IMG/VR virus record: IMGVR_UViG_3300031857_000038 | Span: 54,794 to 118,793 of that record | Strand: one strand, 5' to 3' | From: a virus | Length of the DNA: 64,000 bases | Part shown: piece by piece, positions 10,581-20,923 of the stretch | Layout: every line of letters starts with the position of its first letter | Numbering within the stretch: position 1 is the stretch's first letter | The notes under the pieces: model-generated | What the model was told of the DNA's origin: nothing | The model's database searches: none | Seen by the model: only the letters and a program-made list of their open reading frames with translations | Translations under genes and position numbers: made by a program

Positions 10581-11359
10581 ATATTGATTTAACAAAATAC
10601 AAGAGACTGTTTACATTTGGCTGTAGCTTCACAAACTACAGATTTCCTACATGGGCACATATTCTCAGTAAGTCAATGCCCGATGCTGAGTTTCATAATT
10701 TGGGCAGAGGATCCGGTGGCAATCTATTCATAGCTAATAGAATTACTGAGGCTAATCGTAAGTTCAAGTTCTGTGAAACTGACCTCGTAGTAATAATGTG
10801 GTCTACGTTATGCAGAGAAGACAGAATGGTTAATGACCATTGGGTATTGGCTGGCAATATCTTTACGCAAGGCTACTATGATGAATCGTTTGTTAAGAAG
10901 TTCTGTGACCCGGTGGGCTATTTGGTTAGAGACTTGTCGCTGATAGATATGTCTAAAACATATCTAGAATCATTGCCGTGTGACACGCATATGATGCTAA
11001 GCGTACCCATCACTCATCAAATATTTGGGTCTACTGAGTTGACCGATGACATATTGAACACATATAGCGACTTGATTAACAGCTTTCCAGAAACAATGTT
11101 TGAGCTTGAAATGCAGAACAATTGGACAAGTGATGTTCAATATATCAACAATGAAGACAAGCTGCAAATTGATTATCACCCTACGCCGATGAATTATTAC
11201 AATTATTTGACTAAGTTAGGCTTTGTACTGAATGATAAAGCCAAACAATATGCGATAGACAGTGAGCAGACCTACCGTTCAGCAAAGTCAATACAGCAAT
11301 TACAAGCACTGTTCTATGAAGAATATGACTTTTTCACCACTAAGAATATGTGGGGCTAG
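10577..11359 (+). CDS. SGNH/GDSL-fold protein (paralog 2)
   Basis: FGCSFT, NLGRGSGGN, MWS...REDR, DYHPT. Confidence 0.65.
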   Translation: MNIDLTKYKRLFTFGCSFTNYRFPTWAHILSKSMPDAEFHNLGRGSGGNLFIANRITEANRKFKFCETDLVVIMWSTLCREDRMVNDHWVLAGNIFTQGYYDESFVKKFCDPVGYLVRDLSLIDMSKTYLESLPCDTHMMLSVPITHQIFGSTELTDDILNTYSDLINSFPETMFELEMQNNWTSDVQYINNEDKLQIDYHPTPMNYYNYLTKLGFVLNDKAKQYAIDSEQTYRSAKSIQQLQALFYEEYDFFTTKNMWG

Positions 11360-11370
11360 GTTCTAACAAA

Positions 11371-11376
11371 TAAATA
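11371..11376 (+). promoter_or_regulatory. T4-like late promoter core (TAAATA)
   Basis: aTAAATA in a short intergenic gap, 7 nt before the ATG at 11384. Confidence 0.6.
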
Positions 11377-11383
11377 TTGACAC

Positions 11384-12196
11384 ATGATTTCAGATTTTTC
11401 AAAGTATAAACGCTTCTTTGCGTTTGGATGCAGCTTCACTTCTTACTACCCACCTACTTGGGCTGACATTATTGCAAGCGAAATGCCAGATGCAGATTAC
11501 TACAATTTTGGTCAAGGCGGTGCTGGCAATCTAGTGATTAACAATAGAGTTGCACAAGCAAACTTAAAGTTCAAGTTCAACGAAGATGACCTAGTAATTG
11601 TCATGTTCACTACACTGTGTAGAGAAGACCGTTATATTGATGGATCTTGGCGCTCTCACGGGAACATCTATAATCAACATTATTACGATAAGAACTTTAT
11701 AAAAAACTATTGCGATCCTATTGGATACATAGTAAGAGACCTTGCATTGATTGAAATGACGCAAGTATATCTTAACTCTTTACCTTGCACGACTGTATTT
11801 TTATCACTAGGCGACATGACTGAGCAGACGGGTTTTCTTACTGAAACTGAAGGACTAGCTAATACAGTAGATTTTGATAATGATCATACGTTGGGTAAGG
11901 TCAAAGAAATCTATCCTAATTTGAATTTCCCATATGTGATGGAATTAGATTCGTTCGGATATCACGGGTTGCGCTTAATAGATCATGATGGAACTAAAAG
12001 AGGAGACGGTCATCCGTTAACGGAAGACTACTTAAAGTTTTTACTAAAATATAATTTTCCGATATCGGACCTTGGAAAAGAATACACTGCTGAAATGATG
12101 AGAAGAACGAAAAAGGCCAAGACTTGGGCCGAGCTATATGATCTTTTTCCAGAAATGAGTCAGAACAAAGTTAAAAGTAATTCAGCAATAATCTAA
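11384..12196 (+). CDS. SGNH/GDSL-fold protein (paralog 3, tandem duplicate of the upstream gene)
   Basis: FGCSFT, NFGQGGAGN, LCREDR, DGHP; long shared stretches with 10577-11359 (CDP.GY.VRDL.LI.M). Confidence 0.65.
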   Translation: MISDFSKYKRFFAFGCSFTSYYPPTWADIIASEMPDADYYNFGQGGAGNLVINNRVAQANLKFKFNEDDLVIVMFTTLCREDRYIDGSWRSHGNIYNQHYYDKNFIKNYCDPIGYIVRDLALIEMTQVYLNSLPCTTVFLSLGDMTEQTGFLTETEGLANTVDFDNDHTLGKVKEIYPNLNFPYVMELDSFGYHGLRLIDHDGTKRGDGHPLTEDYLKFLLKYNFPISDLGKEYTAEMMRRTKKAKTWAELYDLFPEMSQNKVKSNSAII

Positions 12197-12209
12197 TAGG
12201 AATAGTATA

Positions 12210-13400
12210 ATGAAAAAAATAGCAATGATCGGTGTAGGTAAATTAGGACAAGATTGTGCCGAAGTAATGGCTACTCAGTATGACGTAGTTGGTTATGATA
12301 TTGAGCCAAGAACACCTAACTTCCCTATGTGCAGCACTATTAAAGAGGCAGTTGAAGATAGAGACATTATCTTTATCGCAGCTCCTACGCCACATGATCC
12401 TATGTATGGTGGAGAGACTCCTACTAGTCATCTACCTAATAAAGATTTTGATTACACTATCGTAACTGATATTCTCAACGAAGTTAACAAGCATGTCAAT
12501 CAGAATCAATTGGTCGTGTTAATCAGCACAGTGCTTCCGGGCACCGTTAGAAACATTCTTCGCCCCTGCATCACTAACGCACGTTTCATTTACAATCCTT
12601 ATTTGATTGCAATGGGTACAACTAAGTTTGATATGATTAACCCTGAGATGGTTATCATCGGTACCGAAAATGGTAATGCAACAGACGATTCACTTGAATT
12701 GATTAACTTCTATATACCATTGATGCAGAACAATCCGCGATATGAATTGGGTACCTGGGAAGAAGCAGAGTCAATCAAAATCTTCTACAACACCTTTATT
12801 AGCACGAAAGTTGCATTAGTCAATATGATTCAGGATGTTGCTGAGAGAGTTGACAACATGTGCGTTGATGTAGTTACTGGCGCACTAGAGCGTTCAACAT
12901 ATCGTATCACTGGCCCTGCATATATGAAAGCGGGCATGGGCGATGGTGGAGCATGTCACCCTCGTGACAATATCGCATTACGCTATCTTGCTGAGAAGCT
13001 TGACTTAGGATATGATTTATTTGATAGTATCATGAGAGCTAGAGAAGTGCAAGCAGAAAATATGGCTAAGGCACTGCTAAAGTATGGCAAGAACGTAACT
13101 ATCATCGGTAAAGCATATAAGCCAAATGTACCATACACACACGGTAGCTCAAGTATGCTAGTTGGATACTATGTTGAGCAGCTTGGTGGTAAGGTAAACT
13201 ATTATGATGAGCATACCGGCGACTTAGATTTAGCTGAAGATTGGACTGAAGTATATCTGATCGGTTACTGGGATGACTATGTAGAAGAATTAAAGTTCAG
13301 TGATGAGAACATTGCGACTGTAGTTGACCCCTGGCGGCAATGGACTACTGACAGATGTTCAGGTCACGTAGTACATTATGGTAACTCTCGGAAGAACTAA
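12210..13400 (+). CDS. ugd: UDP-glucose/GDP-mannose 6-dehydrogenase family
   Basis: GVGKLG Rossmann motif, PTP, ISTVLPGT, AESIKIFYN, GGACHPRD (catalytic Cys), GKAYKP. Confidence 0.85.
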   Translation: MKKIAMIGVGKLGQDCAEVMATQYDVVGYDIEPRTPNFPMCSTIKEAVEDRDIIFIAAPTPHDPMYGGETPTSHLPNKDFDYTIVTDILNEVNKHVNQNQLVVLISTVLPGTVRNILRPCITNARFIYNPYLIAMGTTKFDMINPEMVIIGTENGNATDDSLELINFYIPLMQNNPRYELGTWEEAESIKIFYNTFISTKVALVNMIQDVAERVDNMCVDVVTGALERSTYRITGPAYMKAGMGDGGACHPRDNIALRYLAEKLDLGYDLFDSIMRAREVQAENMAKALLKYGKNVTIIGKAYKPNVPYTHGSSSMLVGYYVEQLGGKVNYYDEHTGDLDLAEDWTEVYLIGYWDDYVEELKFSDENIATVVDPWRQWTTDRCSGHVVHYGNSRKN

Positions 13401-14554
13401 TGGATTTGTCTAAGTATGATCAATATCGTCCTCCTAGGTATGATAATTGGATGCGTTATATGTTCAATAGTTATTGGCCTAATATAGATGAACACTTTGA
13501 CAAGTTTCGTATTATCTATGCTGGCGCAAACGCTGATGCCTCGTTCAAAGAGAGGCCTATTGACAGTACAATAATGGAAATTACAGATGCATATGCATTG
13601 GGTATTCGTGTATTCTTTTTTGAATGTTTGTCAGAGGGTGTAATGCTCGAAGACATGGATATGCTAAAGATTATTACTGATGGCGTAAGTCATCTTCCCG
13701 ACATTCAACTATTTTATTTGTCGGGTGACTATAATGCAGAAGTATCAGTTAAAGAACACTTTAAGGATACTCCCATCAACTTTAAGACTATTGGCGTAAG
13801 TCATTATGACTTTTCTGCAAGGGCTCATCCCGAATATAATAAATCTTACGTTACAGGACATAGAGACAAGAAATTTCTATGTTTTAACAAAGTTCCTAGA
13901 CAACATCGTATTGACTTTCTGAACCAAGTAGTTAATCATAACCTACTAGATGACTCATACTATTCATTTGACTGTGAAGAACATGAATTATTTGAAATGA
14001 TTCATGGGCAAAAGCTAACTGGCATACCAAAAATACGATACAATATTCCTTTAAAATTGAATAAGACTGATGAAAGAAGTAATCCGGTAAACATCATTGA
14101 GGACGACTTCAAGTATTTTGAGAATAGCTATTTTTCAGTTGTTACTGAAACTATGTTCTATCATCCAAATCACATCCATGTTACTAATGGTAGAGCATTG
14201 CATATTCCCGGAACATATCCTGGCACATTTATCAGTGAAAAGACATTCAAGTGTGTTAGAATGAAGCATCCATTTATCATCGTGGGACCTGCCGGCATGC
14301 TTGAGTTCCTAAGGTCTAGAGGCTACAAGACATTCAGTCCTTTCATTGATGAATCATATGACGCTATCGAAGATGATTTACTGCGTATGCAAATGATAGT
14401 TGATGAGGTAGTCAGACTATGTAATTTACCTGATGATGAACTGATTGAATTCACTAAGTTTGCTAAGGATATCGTTGAACACAACTATACGCATTTAGAG
14501 ACTATCTCAGATTTCACGACAATGGGCAATCTACAATCAATTTTAAATATCTAA
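13400..14554 (+). CDS. Putative GT-B glycosyltransferase-like protein (paralog 3)
   Basis: KKFLCFNKVPRQHR; FSVVTETMF...ISEKTFK..KHPF...IDESYD. Confidence 0.6.
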   Translation: MDLSKYDQYRPPRYDNWMRYMFNSYWPNIDEHFDKFRIIYAGANADASFKERPIDSTIMEITDAYALGIRVFFFECLSEGVMLEDMDMLKIITDGVSHLPDIQLFYLSGDYNAEVSVKEHFKDTPINFKTIGVSHYDFSARAHPEYNKSYVTGHRDKKFLCFNKVPRQHRIDFLNQVVNHNLLDDSYYSFDCEEHELFEMIHGQKLTGIPKIRYNIPLKLNKTDERSNPVNIIEDDFKYFENSYFSVVTETMFYHPNHIHVTNGRALHIPGTYPGTFISEKTFKCVRMKHPFIIVGPAGMLEFLRSRGYKTFSPFIDESYDAIEDDLLRMQMIVDEVVRLCNLPDDELIEFTKFAKDIVEHNYTHLETISDFTTMGNLQSILNI

Positions 14555-14569
14555 CTACCTAATAACATG

Positions 14570-14575
14570 TAAATA
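14570..14575 (+). promoter_or_regulatory. Possible late promoter (TAAATA)
   Basis: TAAATA in the AT-rich gap upstream of the TTG start at 14606, with AGGGG RBS. Confidence 0.4.
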
Positions 14576-14605
14576 CTCTATATAAACTAATAGGGGAATG
14601 TAAAG

Positions 14606-16867
14606 TTGGATTTTAATCTTAAGTCATTAGCAACAAAAGAGCTTAAGCCAAACGAAAGGCCAACTGAAGACGTTGGTGATCTTCGTCATCGTAGCATGAT
14701 GGAAGCAATTGCGCCATATGCAAAAGATGTAGTAGTTAATGCAAAGAACTTAACACCTGTCTACACTGACTACAAAACACGCAACACTAAGATGGTTCTC
14801 GTATTGTGTCCTGAGTGGAGTCCGTACATGCCACCATTCAGTCTTGCGAGACTCAGTGGCGTTGCTAAAGCTTCCGGATATGAAACTCATATCATGGATC
14901 TAAATGTTAAGGCATATAATGCTTATCGTGATGATTGGCAACCCAACAAGAAACTACCATTCAGATTGTGGGACCCATCTAGTTCATGGCACTGGTTAGG
15001 TGAAACTTACTTAAATGATATTCACCCTGTGCTTGAACCTATTCTAAGCGCAGCGGTAGATGAAATCATTGAAATGAATCCAGACGTTGTTGGGTTCAGC
15101 GTATACTATATTAGTGAAGAACCAACCAAGTGGATGTGTCAAGAAATCAAAAGACGCAACCCAAACATTCTCATTGCAGTAGGTGGCCCTAACGTACACA
15201 AGAGCTGGTTCCCTATTCACGATTATTATGACTATGTTATCGTGGGCGAAGGCGAGCAGAATCTACTTGTCATGCTTGATGAGATTGAAGAAGGCTGGCG
15301 CCCAACTGAGCCTAAGATTCTGACTCAACCAGAGAATCAACGTATCAACATCAACGGTCTGCCTATGCCAGACTATGAATCTATCGACTTCACTCAGTAT
15401 GAAGTTCCTAATGGTGTCAACAGTGAAATCTCTAGAGGATGTACTGCTAAGTGTACATTCTGTGAAGAAACACACTTTTGGAAGTATCGCCAGCGTCAAG
15501 CAGTTGACTTGATTACAGAAATTGAATGGCTATACTATAACAAGGGTACTGATATCATTTGGTTCATTGACAGTCTTATCAACGGAAACATCAATGAGCT
15601 TAGAGCGTTTGCACTAGCATTGAAAGAGAAGGGACTTAAGGTTCGCTTTACCGGCTATGCTAGACATGATGGTAGAATGACATTAGAATATCTGCAAGAC
15701 CTAGCTGACGGTGGCTGCATCATGTTCAACTTCGGATGCGAATCAGCATCGCAGAAAGTTCTTGACGATATGCACAAGGGTGTTACCATTGCAGAAATGG
15801 AACAGAACTTCATTGACTGTAAGAAGGTGGGCATCTATTGTGCTACTAACTGGATTGTTGCATTCCCCACAGAAGACTTCCAAGACTATTCAGATACTAT
15901 GACATTCATGTGGCGTATGCGTAACAACAACGTCAACAATATGGGTCTTGGTGTGGGCTATGGGTTGGGTCCTGAAACAATCGTTGGACAGAATCCACAC
16001 GCATATAATATCAGCTTCCATAAGTATCAGGGACACTGGATTACGAAAGACTTAGCAATGGGTGGCCCCCATGTCATGACTCGTGTTAAGAATATTCACA
16101 TGTGGTTAGACTTCTTTAAGCACTGCACAGACGTTCCGATTGGGTATCCTATTAGACATAATCTGTCAAAAGAACACTACAAGATCAAGTTAAACAATCA
16201 AAGAGTGCAGAAAGAAATGCACTACGAGAAGTTTGACTACAATATTATTCCTCCCATCGGTGACAACAATCCTTTTGCTAATCAGTTAGTCAATGAAATG
16301 TGGCCCTTCTTTAGAAATCTATGGAGAGCTAGAGGCGGATACGAAGCAGAAGTATATTTCAATCCTGAGATAGACTTGAAAGAGTTTGGAACTCAGTATG
16401 GTCCAGGGCAGTATTGGGCAACGTTTAAGTTTAAGATTACTGATGAAGGTCAGTGGGACGCACATTTCAATATCAAGTTTGAGCAAGTAGATAGTCCATT
16501 AGACGACCGTGAACGTCCGCCGCTCGGACGTAAGGGTCCTTTCTACGCTCAAGACTATTCAAGACTACAATCAAACACTGTAAAGAGAGCTAGAAAGTTA
16601 GCCAAACCCACTTGGAGTAATCAAGAAGGTAGATCAGGACAAGACTTTGCTGACTTGTTAGACGAAGAAGCATATCTGAATGCTACGATTGATTTTAGTT
16701 TTCATATTGATTGGCAGGGGTCAGGTGATTGGAGCGATTATGAAAAGTATCGTGTTGATGTAAGTAACACATCACGAGACATTATTCCAGAAAAGGAAGC
16801 CGACACTGGCTCAACTATAGTTTCTAGTAGCATTTCACTAGATAGTATTAAGCGGAAACCAAAATGA
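14606..16867 (+). CDS. B12-binding radical SAM protein
   Basis: PPFSLARL, DLNV, VGFSVY, GGPNV, GEGE; SRGCTAKCTFC; FGCESASQKVL. Confidence 0.88.
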   Translation: MDFNLKSLATKELKPNERPTEDVGDLRHRSMMEAIAPYAKDVVVNAKNLTPVYTDYKTRNTKMVLVLCPEWSPYMPPFSLARLSGVAKASGYETHIMDLNVKAYNAYRDDWQPNKKLPFRLWDPSSSWHWLGETYLNDIHPVLEPILSAAVDEIIEMNPDVVGFSVYYISEEPTKWMCQEIKRRNPNILIAVGGPNVHKSWFPIHDYYDYVIVGEGEQNLLVMLDEIEEGWRPTEPKILTQPENQRININGLPMPDYESIDFTQYEVPNGVNSEISRGCTAKCTFCEETHFWKYRQRQAVDLITEIEWLYYNKGTDIIWFIDSLINGNINELRAFALALKEKGLKVRFTGYARHDGRMTLEYLQDLADGGCIMFNFGCESASQKVLDDMHKGVTIAEMEQNFIDCKKVGIYCATNWIVAFPTEDFQDYSDTMTFMWRMRNNNVNNMGLGVGYGLGPETIVGQNPHAYNISFHKYQGHWITKDLAMGGPHVMTRVKNIHMWLDFFKHCTDVPIGYPIRHNLSKEHYKIKLNNQRVQKEMHYEKFDYNIIPPIGDNNPFANQLVNEMWPFFRNLWRARGGYEAEVYFNPEIDLKEFGTQYGPGQYWATFKFKITDEGQWDAHFNIKFEQVDSPLDDRERPPLGRKGPFYAQDYSRLQSNTVKRARKLAKPTWSNQEGRSGQDFADLLDEEAYLNATIDFSFHIDWQGSGDWSDYEKYRVDVSNTSRDIIPEKEADTGSTIVSSSISLDSIKRKPK

Positions 16868-17466
16868 ACGACACTGTTGATAAGTTTGAAAAACTCATAG
16901 CCAATTTCTATGGGGCACCATATGCGGTAGCAACTGATTGCTGCACACATGCAATTGAACTTTGCCTGCGAATTGAAAATATAGAATATCCCGTAAACTG
17001 CCCTACTAGAACATATCTAAGTGTTCCCATGACATTTATGAAGCTTGGACTAGAATGGCAGTTTGACGATTATGATTGGGAAAATTACTATCACATAGGA
17101 TGCACGAGCATCATTGATGCTGCGGTGTATTGGAAACCTCGCGGGTATGTTCCTGGGTCAAAGATGTGCCTCAGTTTTCAACATAAGAAACATTTGAGCT
17201 TAGGGCGCGGCGGTATGATTTTGCTTGACAATTACGAAGAATATGCTAAGCTTAAAAAGATGAGCTATGATGGAAGAATGCCTAATACACCGTGGGCAGA
17301 ACAAGACATTGACACTATAGGTTATCACTACTATATGACTCCTGAAACTGCACAGACAGGTATCTATCGCTTTTGCTCTGCTGAGGTAACAGAACCCCGC
17401 AAGTGGTCGTCTAAAGATTATCCTGATCTAAGTAAAATGAAAGTGTTTGATGCTAAGCAAAAATGA
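16864..17466 (+). CDS. Short DegT/DnrJ/EryC1/StrS PLP-dependent sugar aminotransferase
   Basis: FE..IA.FYGAPYAVATDCCTHAIEL, IIDAA, LSFQHKKHL.LGRGG (PLP lysine region), GYHYYM. Confidence 0.8.
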   Translation: MNDTVDKFEKLIANFYGAPYAVATDCCTHAIELCLRIENIEYPVNCPTRTYLSVPMTFMKLGLEWQFDDYDWENYYHIGCTSIIDAAVYWKPRGYVPGSKMCLSFQHKKHLSLGRGGMILLDNYEEYAKLKKMSYDGRMPNTPWAEQDIDTIGYHYYMTPETAQTGIYRFCSAEVTEPRKWSSKDYPDLSKMKVFDAKQK

Positions 17467-18424
17467 ATGGGACCCGCTTAAAAGCGTAATCGTTGGCATT
17501 GCAGATGATGCTAAGATTCCTCCTACTAATATTGGACTACGCATTGTCAATTACGCCGATTTAACATTCAGTGAGTATATGGGTGTTAAACACGGTAGAT
17601 ATCCTGACCAGGTGATTGAAGAAGCGAACGAAGACTTAGAACAACTCTGTGAATTCTTGCGTGAAGAAGAAATTCAAGTGGTTCGTCCAAGTAGCAACGA
17701 CCCTGAATACTATAACTACTGCCCTAGAGATACAGTATTAATTCACGATGACTTGATTCTTGCGACTCCAATGGCATTGTCATCTCGTAGAGATGAATGG
17801 CGAGCAAGTAAACAATATTTTGATTTTTCTAAGTTAGTAGTTGCGCCACCGCCTGAACATTCAGATACTTATAATAGCAAATGTATTGGCGACCCCGATA
17901 CATTAGCATTGCGTGAATATGAGCCTATATTTGATGCAGCTAATGTTCTACGAGCGAACGATGACCTGTTCTATTTGGTCAGCAACACCGGCAACAAGAA
18001 AGGTGCTGAATACTTACAAGAACTTGTAGGTCCAAACAAGCGTGTCCATACTATTGAAAATGTCTATAGCTACATTCATTTAGATAGCACTATTGCACTA
18101 TTGCGTGAAGGGCTAATGTTACTGAATCCATCACGTATTAAGAGCGTAGAACAACTGCCGGAAGTATTGCGTAATTGGGATATCATTTGGGCTCCTGAGC
18201 CAGTTGACATTGGTCACTATCCAGGATACTGTAATGCAAGTAAGTGGGTAAGTGTTAATCTATTGTCCATTAATCCTAATCTTGTTGTATTGGAAGAGCA
18301 TCAACATAATCTCAGACACGAACTAGAGAAGCACAAGATTAACTGTGCTATGTTACCTATGCGTCATGCTAGAACATTGGGAGGCACTTTCCACTGTGTT
18401 ACTTTAGATTTAATAAGGCAATGA
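17450..18424 (+). CDS. Amidinotransferase (glycine / inosamine-phosphate amidinotransferase family, StrB1-like)
   Basis: NEWDPLK.VIVG, CPRD, FDAAN, HLDST, GGTFHCVTLD (Cys-His-Asp triad). Confidence 0.88.
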   Translation: MLSKNEWDPLKSVIVGIADDAKIPPTNIGLRIVNYADLTFSEYMGVKHGRYPDQVIEEANEDLEQLCEFLREEEIQVVRPSSNDPEYYNYCPRDTVLIHDDLILATPMALSSRRDEWRASKQYFDFSKLVVAPPPEHSDTYNSKCIGDPDTLALREYEPIFDAANVLRANDDLFYLVSNTGNKKGAEYLQELVGPNKRVHTIENVYSYIHLDSTIALLREGLMLLNPSRIKSVEQLPEVLRNWDIIWAPEPVDIGHYPGYCNASKWVSVNLLSINPNLVVLEEHQHNLRHELEKHKINCAMLPMRHARTLGGTFHCVTLDLIRQ

Positions 18425-18434
18425 AGTAACCCAA

Positions 18435-18440
18435 TAAATA
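18435..18440 (+). promoter_or_regulatory. Late promoter core TAAATA
   Basis: aaTAAATA 6 nt before the ATG at 18447; no SD. Confidence 0.6.
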
Positions 18441-18446
18441 TACATT

Positions 18447-20174
18447 ATGAACTCTCGCATTGAAAAGGGACATGTATCTAAATTTTGGAATGATAAGTTT
18501 AAATCATTGCCTTATAATAGACAACCTATAACTAGAGAGGAAATAAGTCACTGGCGTAGTCAAGGCTATGACTATGTAAAAAGCTTTTCTGGATCAATGT
18601 ATGACAACAGAAATCCAATGCCGAATTGGATTGCTAATCTAAAATTTCTGTTTGGGATGTATAACCAAACGTATACCTTCTATAAAATGGATACGTTAGA
18701 AATAATGCCAACCCACAGTGACCACTTTAACACCTATTGCAAATTGAATAACACTACATCTGATAACGTTGAGCGTGTTATCTTAATGCTTGAAGATTGG
18801 AAGCCTGGACATTATTTTGAGCTTGATGGCGTGGGTTATGTTAACTGGAAAGCGGGTGATTGGTTCAAGTGGAGAGGAGATGTTCCTCATGCTGCTAGTA
18901 ATATAGGAATTGAACCAAGATACACTCTACAAATAACAGGCACGACTATTATGCAGGGGCAAATGAATAAGTTGTTCCATAGGAATGTCCCGAATACATT
19001 AGATAACTTACATAATCCTTTTGTCAACAACGTAGTGTTTGGTAAGATACCCGAAGCTCATTCAATGGTCTATATGAATAACAGATACATTGAAGAATTA
19101 GATAGTATCATGCACGACGAGAAGGCTATTGACGTTCTAAATAAAAACGGACTTCACATCTATCTGTATGAGCCATTGTGCAGCTATCACAAAGATGCGA
19201 CACCGGACAATCCGCATAATCAAGGCTTCTACTCAGAGTTTAGTCACACAGTTAGGCCAGATGAACTGAGGGCAGAAGAACTAGACAGCATATATCAATA
19301 TGCAGTAAGAAACAATCTAACAAATGTGACTGTTCATACAGGTAATTATAACGTAGATGTTTGGTATACACACTATACTGATAGACTGAAATTGATATGC
19401 GATGACCTTTTCTTGAAATGTCAAAAAAAGATTGAAAACTTAGACGAGACATTTAGAAACCAATTCAACTATAAGTTCATCTGCTTAAATTGGAGATTCA
19501 CTAAGCATAGACAACTAGTGTCAACGTTTCTTGCAGGAGATAAGGGCAATCTCAGTTGGTATCATAGCGCAGACTTTGATTCACTCAGTAGCAATTTAAG
19601 ATTTGAGCTAGGGGATTGGGAGCATACACATACTAACCATTACCGCAAGTTAAAAGACAACTGCGATATAGTTATGAAGAATGCGCCGTTTGTAGTTGAC
19701 GTTCCGGCAGCCGCACCTGTTGAAATTAAAAATCCAAATCATTTTGATATATGGCCCCAAACTGAAAACTTTAAGCCCGGCGAGACTCCCGCCCTACGCA
19801 ACATATTAGCGAATAGTCTTTCCTCAGCGTACATCAACTCGTTTGTCGATATTATCAATGAAACTAGATTTGCTGAGCCTACTGCTAATTTCAGTGAGAA
19901 GGTCTTTCAAGCAATACAATATAAAAAGCCATTCATCGTAGTAGGTCCACCAAAGACACTAGAATATGTTAAGAGTTTGGGCTTCAAGACGTTCAACGAG
20001 TTTTGGGACGAGAGCTATGATGATGAGCCAGACCACGGTGAACGATTAGCTAAAATATTTGATTTGGTTGAGACTATATTGAATTCTCCCCTAGAAGATT
20101 TACGTTCAATGTATGATGAAATGCACAGCACGGTAGAGCATAATCTAGCGAAATATAAAGAGTTTGTTAAATGA
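18447..20174 (+). CDS. Fusion of an N-terminal cupin/2OG-Fe(II)-like domain and a C-terminal GT-B-like domain (paralog 4)
   Basis: PTHSD...W.PGH...PHAASN...RYTLQITG; C-terminal CLNWRF.KHR, IINETRF...FSEKVF...KKPF...FWDESYD. Confidence 0.65.
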   Translation: MNSRIEKGHVSKFWNDKFKSLPYNRQPITREEISHWRSQGYDYVKSFSGSMYDNRNPMPNWIANLKFLFGMYNQTYTFYKMDTLEIMPTHSDHFNTYCKLNNTTSDNVERVILMLEDWKPGHYFELDGVGYVNWKAGDWFKWRGDVPHAASNIGIEPRYTLQITGTTIMQGQMNKLFHRNVPNTLDNLHNPFVNNVVFGKIPEAHSMVYMNNRYIEELDSIMHDEKAIDVLNKNGLHIYLYEPLCSYHKDATPDNPHNQGFYSEFSHTVRPDELRAEELDSIYQYAVRNNLTNVTVHTGNYNVDVWYTHYTDRLKLICDDLFLKCQKKIENLDETFRNQFNYKFICLNWRFTKHRQLVSTFLAGDKGNLSWYHSADFDSLSSNLRFELGDWEHTHTNHYRKLKDNCDIVMKNAPFVVDVPAAAPVEIKNPNHFDIWPQTENFKPGETPALRNILANSLSSAYINSFVDIINETRFAEPTANFSEKVFQAIQYKKPFIVVGPPKTLEYVKSLGFKTFNEFWDESYDDEPDHGERLAKIFDLVETILNSPLEDLRSMYDEMHSTVEHNLAKYKEFVK

Positions 20175-20923
20175 CTAAAGAAAAGATAGCGTTAATCGCA
20201 GGGTGCAGTCACAGTGCAGGATCAGAGATTGATGGCAACCTAGACAGCAAATACAACAGAGAACATTCTTTTGGTTCATTGCTTTCTAATAAGTTAGGCT
20301 ATCGTCCTATCAATATAGCTATCAATGGTGCATCCAATACAGGTATTGCAAGAAGTGTATTGCTGTGGTTCGATGAGAATTATAATCCAGAAACAATGGA
20401 TGTTTATGTAATCATAGGGTGGACTGAAAGCTCTAGAATGGAAATTCCCGCTAAACACAGACCTAGTGACTTTCACTCGGGTAACCCTAGCATTGAATGG
20501 TATGATAGTTCTGCTAATAGTTACTTACGAATCAACTATGGCTGGACAGGTAATGACAGTTTTGAAAAGGCAGTTATTCCTAAATATCACGAATTCATGG
20601 CAGAGAATGAGACATATCTAGAATACCAAGCAGCATCAAATGTGTTAATGGTGCAGTACTTTTTAAAATCATTAAATGTACCATATGTGATGTGCAACAC
20701 TATGCATATGTTCGTGCCGAACGACCACTTTGTTAGTCACCTATTAAAGCTGATTGATAAGAAGTGTTATTATAACCTTGACTCAGGACAAGACTGTTCT
20801 TTCTTTTGGAAGTATAAAAACTTGGGCTATAAAAATATCAAGGCTAAATACTGGCATCATAACGAAATACCGCATACATTTTATGCAGAAGAATTATACA
20901 AGTTCATAGGAGAACAACAATGA
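20171..20923 (+). CDS. SGNH/GDSL-fold protein (paralog 4)
   Basis: AGCSHSAG, NIAINGASN..IAR, IGWT...R.E, WHH...H..YA. Confidence 0.62.
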   Translation: MTKEKIALIAGCSHSAGSEIDGNLDSKYNREHSFGSLLSNKLGYRPINIAINGASNTGIARSVLLWFDENYNPETMDVYVIIGWTESSRMEIPAKHRPSDFHSGNPSIEWYDSSANSYLRINYGWTGNDSFEKAVIPKYHEFMAENETYLEYQAASNVLMVQYFLKSLNVPYVMCNTMHMFVPNDHFVSHLLKLIDKKCYYNLDSGQDCSFFWKYKNLGYKNIKAKYWHHNEIPHTFYAEELYKFIGEQQ

